A stretch of 64,000 bases of DNA, taken from assembly GCA_002104905.1 (NCBI GenBank), contig MCFE01000189.1, positions 1 to 64,000 of the forward strand. The letters are read 5' to 3'. The first letter of the stretch is position 1, and each line of letters begins with the position of its first letter. Origin of the DNA: Basidiobolus meristosporus CBS 931.73 (Eukaryota > Fungi > Basidiobolomycota). Made by a program: the position numbers and the translations under genes. Below, piece by piece: positions 13,338-26,400 of this stretch. The notes beneath the pieces are model-generated. The model ran no database searches and had not been told where the DNA came from. It saw only the letters and a program-made list of their open reading frames with translations.

Positions 13338-13749
13338 TATCGGTTCACCACAGGACCACTTCACACAATGTTGAGTGATGTTCGGTAGTAGCCACTACCT
13401 AATCCTCTGTTTCCATTAGTCCGCTCAGCTCTCATCCACCACTAGGCTTTCGCAGTTTTCTTTCGCAGATGTCACATACGGTTGTAATATAGATTTATGT
13501 ACATAGTTAATACTTCATGATGGTTCACGACATTTCTGTTCTACCAACCGGCGGTTCAGCTAGTATTCCCACCATAAGCTCACGCCCCCCTGAGCGAGCA
13601 AGGTTGTTTTCTCCACTCGCTACAAGAGCAGTACATCTGGACTAACGAGAGCTTGGGATAATAAACATGCTAGAATACGACGTCGCATCACGGTTTGTCT
13701 GATTATAGTGAATCAGCCCAAACTAGCAATGGTACGAGAAAGCAGTTCA

Positions 13750-14900
13750 TTGGATGTTCCGGAAGACTGTAAGTTGCTTAGCTCGTGGGAAACTCTTGGG
13801 CTACTTGGGTGGCCGTGAGAATTGCCTGAAATGTACGGATTTGATCAGGATCGATTGCCGTATCCTTATGCCAATATAACTTTATTGCCAACTTCATTGT
13901 ACCAGACCGTCAATAGCAACAGGACGAATTGTGGTTCTGGCCCAATCTACTTCACCCAACAGTTGATTGTCGCAGTTACATTGATTACGGGAGCATCTAT
14001 CCGCTAACCAGCTGATTTTCACTATGCATTGATCCGTCTCCGTCGTAGATTAGATCCCATGATCATCTTATCTACATGCGCCTGCTCCCGCTATTCTGCG
14101 GTAGGCGTCAGCTACCCAAAAACACCAACCCTATAGAGATGGCTACCACAGTCTGGGTGGGCTCGTTTTATCAGTGTCAACGCGAGTGCTTATTCTGAAA
14201 CCAGAGAGCTCATGGCTATCTTGGATTTTCTCATCTATTAATTGACATCACCTAACGCTTCCTCCACTGGGTCCAATAGTGAGGACAGCATCATGAATCA
14301 CTTCATACGGCCAATGGCCAGCCGGTTAACTAACCTAACTTGATTCCCGCATTTGGTGCCATCGTATTTAACTGGCGCTTATCTGTGAATAACTGGCTTG
14401 AGAGCCGGTGTTGATGGACCTGGCCACGTTGGAGCGTAAGGCCGATTGTTGCAACAAATAAACGTTGGCTGGGAAGTCTGCATTGGCTGATTTTTCTCAT
14501 GTGTATTAAATTGATGAACAGTAAATCAAGTACATTCGGAACGACTTACGAGTTTGTCCATGCTTCATGGGGGTGCAATTCGGAAAGAGTCGGATGTGAC
14601 ACAAAAGGCAGTATTGGAGGAAGCATCCCGCATGAATGGTGTACCACGGCCAGGGGCATCACCTGGCAGATGGTAAAATAATTCATGACTGACTGGGGTT
14701 CACGGTGGTTCTTGGATCGGCATCAAAGGAAGATCGCCCGTGATGTCGGTTCCCCAAAGTACCCTCCAGTAGTTTCCGTTCCGATCGAACCACCAAATAT
14801 GGCCTAGATGTGATCCCGCAACACAAAGAAACGATCGGTAAGTATAGTTAGTCCCTTCAAGATCGCCATGATTTGGGATAGCCCACTTGGCACGTAGGGG
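13750..14900 (-). pseudogene. Degenerate fungal-type protein kinase (FunK1/Pkinase_fungal-like)
   Basis: Motifs in expected order across frameshifts: YRSFLCVAGSHLGHIWWFDRNG (cf. R.F...GS..RLW.FDRSG), FDADP, PGRGT...FCVTSDSFR (cf. GRGT...VKDSWR), YEVIHDAV. Catalytic motifs are not cleanly recoverable. Boundaries approximate. Confidence 0.4.
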
Positions 14901-16104
14901 GGCTGACAGAGGCTTCCCCATCAAACGTTGGCCTGGGATGGATGGTCCAGAAATGTCGGGTGAATCATGGTTGAAATTCCTTTAGCGGACAATCCCCTCG
15001 GCACCATCCTCATCACGGCTCCTACCGATACGGATACAGGGTGTTATCTTATCGGTCTACCATCTGCGCCTTCCTGTGTACTGGTGACTAATATTCTATT
15101 TCCTTTTGCCACCTTTCATTTCGAATCCATACGGAAATGCTGTATAGATCTACCAACTAATGAAGCTCCAGGCCATTCATTTGGCGTATACATGGAGTGC
15201 GGTCGATTCCTTGCATCCTCAACACAAGCTTGTAGCGCACTATTGACTAGTATACTTACAAAGGGGGCACAGATGGTATCGAATACAGTTGGGGCGGAGA
15301 AATATGCATTTGTTTGAAAGCATATCCTGTGATGAGCTGTGGGTTATTGATGGTTTCGATGTTGGAGATTGAACACTCTGTAGGATCCTTTATGGCAGGG
15401 ATTCCTTACCTGGCCGCAAACTCGGATCATAATCGTAACAATATCTTGGGCTTATGGCGTAAAGAATCTACATGAGATTAACTAATACTGTGATTAGTTG
15501 GCTATGGGGCAGATCTTCTCAGCGATATGGTTAATACATGTTGTATGAAATGTTGAATCTATATTATCACAGCTGTTATGTCTTGGAGGATAAAATCAAC
15601 CTTCTTTCTGGGCAGATAAGAACTATTTTTAAAATCATGGAGGAATTAATTACTTTAGGTGGGTTGACATCATCTGTTCGTGTAACAACACTCCCACTTG
15701 ACTCTAATACATTTCTAATTAATAGCCCTGACCTGAATATATATTAGTTGCTATTCCTTGTTGAAGGATAAGTTCATATCAATCCTACGCTCTACCCATC
15801 GCTACTTCCGTACATGAATGTGGTATACATCAGTTTTGTTTAACCTAAAATTTCTATTAGGGATCTAAACAGCAAAGCCCAAGTAATTATTTTGGTACAA
15901 GTACAGATTTTCAAGTTGGTTTTTTATCAAACAGTTGAGGTGTATCTTGATGAAGTATGTATAAACGTACAAGAAGTGCCGCTGTAACTTTAGGTGCAAT
16001 AGAAGAGAAGAATTGTACAATATTAGCTATTGTATTGCAGAGCTCTAATATAGTATTCATGTATCTTGGAGAGCTTCATCATATTAGTAGTAAGGGTTTT
16101 CAAT

Positions 16105-17029
16105 TGTTGTGAGAGTCTTGGACATATTGAAAGTGATTGGAGGCTCAAGTGCATCTTATTGTAAGTGTTTAAGAGATATTGGAAGTGATTGGGAGAACAA
16201 GTAGATTATGTGTATATCACTACCTACAAATCTTAGAGAATTTTGACCAGATTCCTTGTTGGGATTTACTTTGCAAAAGGTCATAATCTGGGGACCTCAT
16301 AATTTGGTGAAATTATTCAAAGTTGTCCAAAAGACCTAAACTTTGCACACATATTCTTGGGATCTTTCTTAAAAAACTGTACATATTTGTTTGCCATACT
16401 TTTGATCAATAAATCTGCAAGTGAATAACATGTAAATCCCATAGTTCTCAAAATCACTTCTAATACTTGTCAGAATATTGCAACAGATATCAGGTACCCA
16501 GAAAATGAATTTTATCATAGTTGTTGAAGCAGCCCCAAACTTTCCACCCATATTCTTGGGACCTTCCTAGACATACTATATGTGCTTACTCTGCCAAGAC
16601 TATGTCAAAGTAAAAATACTACATTTACATTAAATAAATCATTGAGTGAAAACCACATAATCTACTTGTCTTCCCAATCACTTTCAATATCTCCGAGATT
16701 CTCACAAGAATTTCTCATTAATTTATGTAATAAGATTATCACTTATGAGCTTTGATATCTCTGGTCCAGACTCATTGTTGGCATTTACTTGAGGTATTTT
16801 ACATAGGTGTTAGTTACCCAGTGTATGAGAACTTGATAGGCCATCCAAAAGCCCCCCAAGCTTTGTGTAAATACTCTCTGGACCTTCTCTAGTATACTAT
16901 ATATACTTGCTTTGCCTAGATCATATAAATGCAACAATGCCTCTTTTACATTCAGTATATCATTAGCTGGAACCCACATAATCTACTTGCTCTCCCAATT
17001 ACTTCTAAAATCTCCAAAATCTTACAACA
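16105..17029. repeat. Cluster of at least five truncated LTR fragments of the same Copia family, in both orientations
   Basis: Minus-strand LTR ends at about 16105-16212. Plus-strand pieces at about 16216-16480, 16490-16709 and 16840-17029 (the last ending CTTACAACA). Shared motifs ATTCCTTGTTGGGATTTACT and AACCACATAATCTACTTG. Confidence 0.8.
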
Positions 17030-18144
17030 GAAGTTATGTTTAGTTTATAATACATTAGCCAATCTGTGTGACAATGAAGATCTGTAAGTTATAAAAACTT
17101 TCAGGTCTGATCAAAGCCCCCAGAACTTGTACACCACTTCTTGGGACCATTTTTGAAGCTAACAAGAACTCTGAGCATACTGATACAAAACCATGTAAAA
17201 GTATTATTACCACTTACGCACTCAGTCATTATCAACAAAATACTTATTCCCCCAATCATTATGCCCAAGACTCGTGACAACATTGCGGCAATGATTGCTT
17301 TGAGTAAATTCTTACATATGGGCTAAGTGGATGTATATCTTGTGCTTTCCAAGGTGAATAAGCAATTTAGCACCTAATTATTTGTATATTCAGATATAGC
17401 ACCTACATCTATAATGAAATATCACCTATTTCAAGATTGTGGAAATTCAATATGTTAAGCTGAAATATGACGCTTGTACTTAGAATTAGACTTCACTAAT
17501 TCCCAAATACTGTAGGTGACTAGCAGGTTCCTACTCCCGCTTTCAACATTCGCTTCTTTTGCAATCTTATCAGGATTGTTTGAATCGATGCTCTACAGCG
17601 GCACTATTAGGAGAATTGAGTAAATGGTGCACACGGCAATTTGATCTCACTAAAGCCAAGTGATATTTATGAGGAATAGCCAGGGGTTACAAATCACATT
17701 AGAAAAGCTATATGCAATGTTTAGTTTAATTTACACTGTTTAACAAATGAGTTGAGTGCCAATACCAAATGTGCGATACGTTGGCATTCAGAACATCCTT
17801 CAGGCAAGTAGAGAACATGGTAGGTAAGGGCGACACTTTACTGGGCCCCAGCTTTTCCTTTCAATATTGCTCATACTTTGGTCACTTAATGGCGAGTAAC
17901 TGGTTTTAATTATTTAAGTGGCTAATATTGGTTGTTCACCAGACTACCCGTCAAAAACCACTGTAAATAATAGCGAAATCTAAAGCCTTGTATGAGTAGA
18001 CTCTTCCCGCTGATATCCCAAGCCGTTAGTATACAGTAAAGCATCCTCCAATTTAACCTGGTATTGTACTGGTTGGGTATGATTCGAGATATGTTTTGTT
18101 ATTTAGCATGTTGGATACATTGAAACATTACTACACATGTGGTA

Positions 18145-18444
18145 TCATTCTTGGTCCACTGCAGAGGTTTTTCTCGACACGGTCTGATCCTTTTCTAAAT
18201 GCGCTTGGAGTTGACGCTGGTACTCTAAATCTAAAATGTTTTGCTGCTTCTGACGTTTTCTTTCGTCATCACGGAGTACTCCTTGATGCATGTTCTGATA
18301 TTTGACATTAGATGGCGGACAAGATTAAAAACAACCTGTAGTACTTACTGTTCTCTCTTCTATCTGCATATCATGGACTGTATATACAACAGCTGTGGTA
18401 AATATGATTGAGGCGGCAAGCGTAAGCTTAGCTTTGGTGGACAT
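18145..18444 (-). CDS. PET117: Cytochrome c oxidase assembly factor PET117, 81 aa, two exons (18444-18349, 18294-18145)
   Basis: Spliced translation MSTKAKLTLAASIIFTTAVVYTVHDMQIEERT|NMHQGVLRDDERKRQKQQNILDLEYQRQLQAHLEKDQ... has the PET117 pattern (MS..SK..TM..VH..Q..ER..LHQG...D..R). 54-nt intron GTAAGT...TATCAG, in frame. Confidence 0.85.
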
Positions 18445-19699
18445 GATGTTTGGTTACTGAGGAGTTGAATGTGCAGTCAAATTTTGCTGAACAAACTGTT
18501 AAATAATAAAATCCGTGCCTGTTCCAAATAGGGAACTTTGGATTGACACATGCTACGCTTTCAACCCAGCAATTCATCGATCCAACTATGTATACCCCAA
18601 CTAGAGCCTCGACAAATTCTGCATAAATTTACAAGTATTTCACAAATCCAGCATACTCATGATCTATGCAAATACCACCACACATACTGATATAGCTACA
18701 CAATTCAGACATATTATCAATCAATGGGACTAGTGATTTACTTACCTTGGCCATAGCACGGTGCGGTTGCGTTTCCAAAACAACAGCATATCTCCTCCCT
18801 GCGTCTGTACTACTGAATAGCAAATGTCTCTTTACTAATTCCGAGAAGGAATATGTGATTTTGTTCCTCATTCTGTACCGAGAGCCCTGCTTCATGATGG
18901 TTTGATATAATATCCCTGACAACAGTAAACGTAGGTGTTACAGAACAATCCCTTATTGCTACCCTACTACGATGCAGGTGCTCCAAAATTTTTAGAGCCT
19001 CTGTCCTGGCTTTCGTAGGCTTGGAACTATTATCCAACACAATTATACTTGGTGCAAAAATCAAACAAACTTTGGACCCAACCTGAGCAACATTAGTTTC
19101 GAATTCCCTGCCCTTAGCATCTACCTCGAATTCTTAACCTTGTCCACCAACTACATGTCTATCGACGTGGCAGTGTATCTAGATTCTATCCATGTGGCTG
19201 TAGGGATATGAGATCGTGGGTGCATTGCTAACTACGTAAATGAAATTCCCCAAAGTCCTGGGGATCTTCTGGAGACCTGGACCATCCATTTTTGTCTGCC
19301 ATCATGGTGACACGATCGACAGGGGCTGGAGAGGCATCGTGGCTAATTCGTCAGGTGACATCAACCAAACGGAATGCAGCATGCGGATTGTGATGGGTAC
19401 AGCCAATGGAATCAGCGCCGGCTTGTTCGATTTTCCATTACCAAAGGACATGGTTCTATTCCCTATTTATTATTTTCCAAACCTTATTTCTATAATATGC
19501 TTTCAGGGGCTTGTGAAGTTAAAGAGATTCTAGGTTTCGGCCGACACGACTAATTGCGAATAATGCATATAGTTGCTATCCTGAACGCTTGTCTCAGTAA
19601 AACCGTTTCATAGGATACAGACGAGAGTATTTTTATGCAACAGTGTAAAGGCTATATATAGATGCAGGAAGGGAATAACACACTAGTTTCACTGGGTAT

Positions 19700-21198
19700 T
19701 CAAAGATCTTTCAAGGCGATAATAGCGTCTTTGGTTCCGAGGACGCATGAGATAAGGCCCACAACAACACAGATGGTGCACATGATAAGATGGAGTGGAT
19801 GCTGTCGGATCCCAAAGAGCTTCAAGTACAAGACTACTGGGAGAATGAAGATAACCATGTTGTTTGAGATAGCCCCGATTAATGACATGAAGGCACCAAA
19901 GTCCTTTACAAACATCGCTATGATGGTGAGGATCACCAGGATAACTGTACGAAGCGCAAGGCGATAGGTAAAGGACTGCGCACGACTCCTGGATGCGGTG
20001 TTGATTTTAAAGTAATTTTCAAGCTATCGCAGAAATGAAGATTAGCTATAGACTTGCTGAAGTGAGCTGGAACTCTTTGACATACCTCCATTGAGAAACT
20101 AGTCAACATGATAGGTGCGGCCAATAATACATGAAGCGTGATGGCTATGGTTGAAGTGGTGTTCAGGGTTCCTTTGGGTAGATTCAAGAAGATTGGCGCC
20201 AATGACGACTGTCCATACACATAGTACCCAAAGACACCAGCGCATAGGTAAATAATGCAGCATGTAAGACTAGCACCAACAAGTACTTTGTTCCAGTCTT
20301 TTGGCTTCTTCATGGATTGTTCTATGTGTGGGTATACAGGTGTCCCGCCAAAGCAAAAGCTGATAGCGGCAACACCCATGGGAATCCCAGACCAGATAAC
20401 GGTTTTATGCTCTTGGTGTTGGTTGGCATCGATATTCATCAATCCGGCAATTCCTATGACAATCACCACATAGACAGTGGCAATAACACCGAAGATTCTT
20501 TGCAAAAGGTCAGATCAACACCACACCACGGATATGGTATTTGTGACACTTACGATAGCCAAGAAATTTCTTTGAGAGTGCGAAGAGTAGCGAAAGGGAT
20601 CCAAACGACGCAAGCAGCTGTGGTGGCCCTAAAATATAACCATCAGCTCAAGCACTTGGCTCGTCAAAAGGCGACCAACTTACCAAATTTTACTATCCAC
20701 ATCCAACCCAAGTTGGTTGGTCAGGTCTGTTAAACTGATCTTTGTCAAGATGATGTAAAGACAAGAAACGCCTAGGAGGATGGAGTACTGAAAGATCTGG
20801 GTGATTATCTTTCCAGCACGGCCAAAGGCAGCCTCACCGATAGCTGAATAGCCGTCGAGGCGGTTCTTGGGGCTGAGAACAGAATGGTGAATACAACGCT
20901 TCTGCTAGAAGTAGGTCTATATGGCTTACCCATTACAGTACAGGCACTTAATCAAGATAGATCCAGTGTAGGTGGCGAGTATGGCAGAAAGTGCAGTGAT
21001 AATGACACTGATCCAGCCAGAGAGGGTGAATGCATAAGCCATTTGAAGGACACCTGTTCCTGCAACGACGCACACGATGTTGAAGTAGGCACCAAAGCTA
21101 GAGCCAGTACGTTCATGGTCATCAACGATATAATCATACTCCACCTTACTCGCCTGATCCTTATCGTTCATCTCATAATCCTGACTGTATGAGGCCAT
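19700..21198 (-). CDS. Aa_trans family (AVT1-like) amino-acid transporter, spliced
   Basis: GSSFGAYFNIVCVVAGTGVLQMAYAF, ISFCFGGTPVYPHIEQSMKKPKDW, FILPVVLYLKLF; multiple transmembrane segments. Confidence 0.88.
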
Positions 21199-23439
21199 GC
21201 TTATGAGTATAGAGAAATGTACTGGTTGGAAAGGTAGAAGCAGGCTCTAAAGGGACGTCGATGAGTATCTGGCCTGCTTGAACGAAACGGAAAGCTTATC
21301 TGTGCTCGGTTTTGAATTTTCTTCACTGTCGTATCCAATTTATAGAAATACAGGAGCCAATGGAGCTCCTGATGTCCGGGTTGTAGCACATCAGAACCTG
21401 TGAGAATGGGAATAATCAACGATCGCCGTAGTGTGAGCCGCATGATCAACTAATTGTAGATATCTGGGAATTCCATCAAGTCTATTTCAGGTTGTGGTGC
21501 AAGCGTATCAATATATTACGCTCGATAAGTACTGTTGGCAGTGATCTTAGCCTACAGGAATCAATAATGGAATGTCGGTTCTATGGACGCAGCTTCATTC
21601 TACCTTTCTGAATCGGACTAAATGTATACTCGAGTTAAACCTCAGGGATCTTTTAAAGGCTTGATTGCGGTGGCCAATATCTCTTAATTAGTTACCTGGG
21701 CTAGCATTCAAAAGGGAATATCCTCCCGCCAACCGTTGGCCAATGTTCATCTGAATTACAAATCCGCCTTGTCTCATCTAATTGGCCTCCCGGCCCAGCC
21801 AGCGGTTTATGAAAAAGTTATGCATTTTGAATAAACCGGCTCATTGGTAGCAGGATCTTGACCTGCCTGGAGGTGCTTGTGGTAGCCTCTTAAAGTAAAA
21901 ACTGCATGTTCCCACCACCAACCCACACTCCCATACCTGTCTGGTTACTCACCATGGAAGCATATGGGCTACATGTATCTTGTGTTTGCAACTTTGATCA
22001 TTTAACACAGATTGCTCAGAACCAATGGATTGATAGGATTGATTTCATGTTGGGCGTCGGGGTATCATGAATATATGATGAATCACGATGACTCGAAGTT
22101 TAGCCACCTAAATGCGGAGTATTCTTGTAAGCATTAGGGCTGTTGGCAATCGTTAGAGGGCCTCCACTACAAGGGTTGTCCTCGAAACTAATATGTAATT
22201 AGATCACGGGCTTTCCGAGAAGCTATCCATACTATGGCCTTAGGAAATGCAGACAAAGGGCCCCCTTTCCCGCACGGCTTGCAAATCTGTCCCTAATGTT
22301 GTAGAAATAGGTGACCCAAGCTCGCGGCCAGGATAACAAGTATATTATAGTGTGTTCCTTGCTAAAGGCAGCAAATCAGCCTTTTCAAACATACTTAATA
22401 GCTCAACAGTGCACCTGTCGAGGAAAGACCAAGGAAGCAAGCCAGTATTGACAGCCATATATAAAGGGTATGTGAACCAAAGGCACGATTGGAAACCTGA
22501 AATATATGCCAAGTCTCTTGACAACTGGTGTAAAGACTACTGATTAAGAGATTCATTCAAGGCACATTTGCCAGTATTACAATAATGTATGTGAATCTGG
22601 AGGAAAGAGAAGCGTCCAAGCAACCATGATATTGTCTCACATCAGTGACTGCATGGTTTGGCTTGTTTCGGTTATGGTTGTTGGTTTACTCCTTTCGTTT
22701 ACTTGCAAACCTGAGGCGCATTGGATAAATTTCAATACTCAATCCAGTTCAAGCATATCGGCTTTTATCAAGCTTCAATTGCAAACGACAGATCGTGTTT
22801 CTCCGCTAATTTGATATTTCTGGCAAATATACCAATGTTAATCTACATATGTGTGTAGGCTCGTAGCAGTTTAAATAAGCAAACCAAAACCATCTAATAT
22901 TTAGATGATTGTACGATGGCCGGTTTGAGATGAATCGCCAATTCTTCTCCCAACCAAGTCTAAACAGAAATCAACCTTTGTAGTGACTGAATTAGATGTT
23001 GCACAAACCATCAGAGGATTCCAATTCCTGTTAAACTTCAACATAACAAAGAGAAATGCCGATTTAATCCCAGTCCATTCCCAGAAAGATCCAACCCTCT
23101 GGGCATTGGAGATGGGTGAGTGTCTTTTTATTAGTAAATATTACTTCGTTCATGGATTGGTCATTAGCTTGATCTTAATTTAATGGTTCATGCAGTAGCC
23201 TTATCCATTTTGTATTTGCAATAAATTTCTTTAAACATACTTGGGAGTCGCTCACACGCGCCCTCCACCCTTGCATAATAGACGGTATTCAGTAGCATAC
23301 TTGTTATTGGAAATATCTCTTCCTACCCTCAGCCTAGCATCCTTCTGTTCATAATTAAGCAAGAGAATATAAAGTCGTCCCATTCTGGTTGGTGAAAATC
23401 AAGCTTATTTGTGTTTAGATACTCTATTTCAAATTCCAG

Positions 23440-26400
23440 ATGCGAAAGAACCAGAGAGGTTCAACTGAACCGCTTAATGCGATCGAATCTGAGGAAAACA
23501 TCTCTTCAGGTATGATGATAATTTTTGCATTCCTACTTCATTGATGCTAAGTGATTATCACCATCTAGTCCCCGAATCTGCCGCAGGCATTGAGCAGCCC
23601 GAAAGGAGTTATATCTTCTTACGACCTAGTATAAGACGCCGTCATTCTTCTGAGGGAAACTTCAGAGAATTGTCATCTGAATCTAGTAGTAAACCGAATG
23701 ACTGGGAGACGACACTATTCCTCCTTCGCCAGAAAACAAAAAGCGCTGGTTCCAGTAGCAGGGGGGAAGTAGGCTATATGTTTACAGGCGATAATCCACA
23801 AGCCGACTCGGATGATCTTCAAATCCCTGATTTTGATGGAGTTGACTTGACTGGAAAAAGAATTCAACGACCAGACATGGTAGCCCGTTCTTCAACTGTC
23901 GACAACTTCCCCGGTACCAGTAAGGCGCGGCCTCAAACGGTTCACTTCGATAACAGGCGTGGAAATACCTTTTCGTCCATGCCCTCACTTGACCACGAAG
24001 AGAGTGAAGAGCAGATATCCTCTGATTCGGTAAAGAAGAAGTTTCGCCGTATCATGAATCGCATGTCCTCCTCCGTTATTTTCAATACCACGAACTGGAA
24101 GAAAGGAAAGCCTAAATCAGTATCGGAGATGACACGACTCTCTCCTCTTATGGAAACCGCCCTTGCTGTTCCTATGTTCTGGGTACAGCGAGATGAGTGG
24201 GGTCTCAAGCCGGTAAGCCTTAAAGGATGGCAGGTTAACTTGCCGATCACACACTCAATCTAATTGATGATATTACAGCCCCCGATAGTCTTCAAGTTTC
24301 TCAAGCTCCGAATCACGGAGTCCGATATAAACCCAAACAAACATATTCACCACGATCATTTTTATTTCCGCATCGAGCTGGAGTATGGTGATGTGAAATG
24401 GGTGGTTTATCGACGAATGTACGATTTCGTGCGATTGCATACACTCCTCACGTTTCGGCATTTCCAAGGGAAACTTCCTAAAATCCCCGCCTTTCCTAGC
24501 CAGCTAAGCTATGCTGTTGACAAAGTCTTGGACAAGGTACATGGAGGTACAGGAAGAGATGAAAGACTTCGGCAAATTGCGTACGAGAGAAGAAAGGCTG
24601 TCGAAAAGTACCTATTGAAGTTGATGAGTGTTTTGAATTTGAAGGTCACATTCGAATTCTGCGCTTTTCTGGAAGCTAGTTCTATTTCTTTGATCCGCGA
24701 CTTGGGATGGAAAGGGATTGAAGGCTACCTGGACAATCGAGTGAAGAAAACTACGGGACGATGCTGTAGTGGAACTCGCCCAAGTCGTTGGCGTTCTGAT
24801 TGGATTGCTATAAGAGATTCTTGTGTGATTTTTTGCAACTCCATTAGCGACAGTTCCCCAAAGGATATTCTCCTTTGCAACAAACATTTTGTCGTCGAGC
24901 ACTCGTTGGAGAGCAAAAATCCACTTCGACGAAGGACCATTACCATTGGAAATCGGTTTCGTAGAATCGATCTACGCGCCAGCAGTGAAGCTCATGTTCA
25001 TGAATGGATAAAGAATCTGGAGCAGATTCAAAAAAATTCAATTTGGGTTCAGAGACATCGATTCGATTCCTTTGCGCCGGTCCGTGACAACGTAAAGGCC
25101 AGATGGTATGTTGATGGGCTGGACTACTTTCATGACCTTTCCGAGGCTATTCTCAATGCAAAGCATACCATATATATAGAGGATTGGTGGCTAAGTCCAG
25201 AAATGGTACGCTCTCGGAATAACAGCTTTATCCTAAACTATGCCAGACTGATAACGTATCTATTGACAGTATATGCGACGACCGCCCAAGGACAATCAAG
25301 AGTTTCGCCTAGATCGTTTGTTACTGAAGAAGGCTGAAGAAGGCTTAGCTATTTATATTGTTGTTTACAAGGAAGTGACATACGCATTGCCAATCTCTTC
25401 CCAGTATACAAAAGAGACCCTGAAAAATCTTCATCCAAATATCGTGGTTCAACGGCACCCTGATCACGTTCCTGGCGGTACCATGTTCTGGGCGGTATGC
25501 TTTCAATCTATCAATGTACTCTCTACCCACTCTACTAATTATTTGTCGATTCTTGCTTTCTAATAGCATCATGAGGTATGCTCCTATTTATGTTGCCATC
25601 TGCTGATACTCGAGGCGTATACTAATTGTGTTAATGCTGGTTCAACTAGAAAATGTGTATTGTTGATTCCAAAGTTGCATTCTTGGGTGGGCTTGATCTA
25701 TGTTTTGGGTAAGACTCTTGGCTGCATCTCTTGATGTTTTCGGTTGCTTACTATGTCTAGCCGTTGGGATACCCATACTCATCGACTTGCCGATTATCAC
25801 AAAAATCCTGAGGATGAAATATGGCCTGGGCAAGATTATTCAAACCCTAGAATCAAGGATTTCCGAAACGGTAAATGGCATTCGAGTCTTGATTATGGCG
25901 CAAACTAACTCTTGTTCACTCTTAGTCCAGCAATTTGATATCGATCTCATCAACCGTAAAAAGTTTTCTCGGCTGCCTTGGCATGACGTTGGCCTTTGTG
26001 TCTACGGGAATACTGCACGAGACGTCGAAAAGCATTTTATCGAACGCTGGAACTTCATCAAAAGCTGGAAGGCCACACAGAAGCAAAACATACCCTATTT
26101 GATTCCCAAAGGAGAGTATGCGATTGGACGAGAAGATAACGAACAGAAAGGAAGCTGTCGTGTTCAGGTGCTGCGCAGTAGTTCCGAATGGAGCAGCGGA
26201 ATTGAGAGAGAACATTCAATCTATGATGCTTACATTGAATGTATCCGCAAAGCAAAGCACTTTATATACATTGAAAACCAGTTCTTTGTCACCTCAGCTG
26301 CAGATACCTCTGGCTACACGGTGAAGAACAAGATTGGTATGGCTTTAGTGGAGCGAATCAAGAAGGCACACCAAGAAAAAGCAAAATTCAAAGTAATCGT

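Noticed and set aside
17590-18100. Plus-strand snippets (TAALLGE, NVRYVGIQNILQASREH, YSKA) resembling an NAD-dependent epimerase/threonine dehydrogenase
   Set aside because: Short, frameshifted, no Rossmann GxxGxxG motif found; cannot be supported without a search.
22983-23135. Exon-like piece ending KDPTLWALEMG, reminiscent of GH5 mannanase KDDPTILAWELGNE
   Set aside because: A single weak motif with no other GH5 segments located; lies in a divergent intergenic region.
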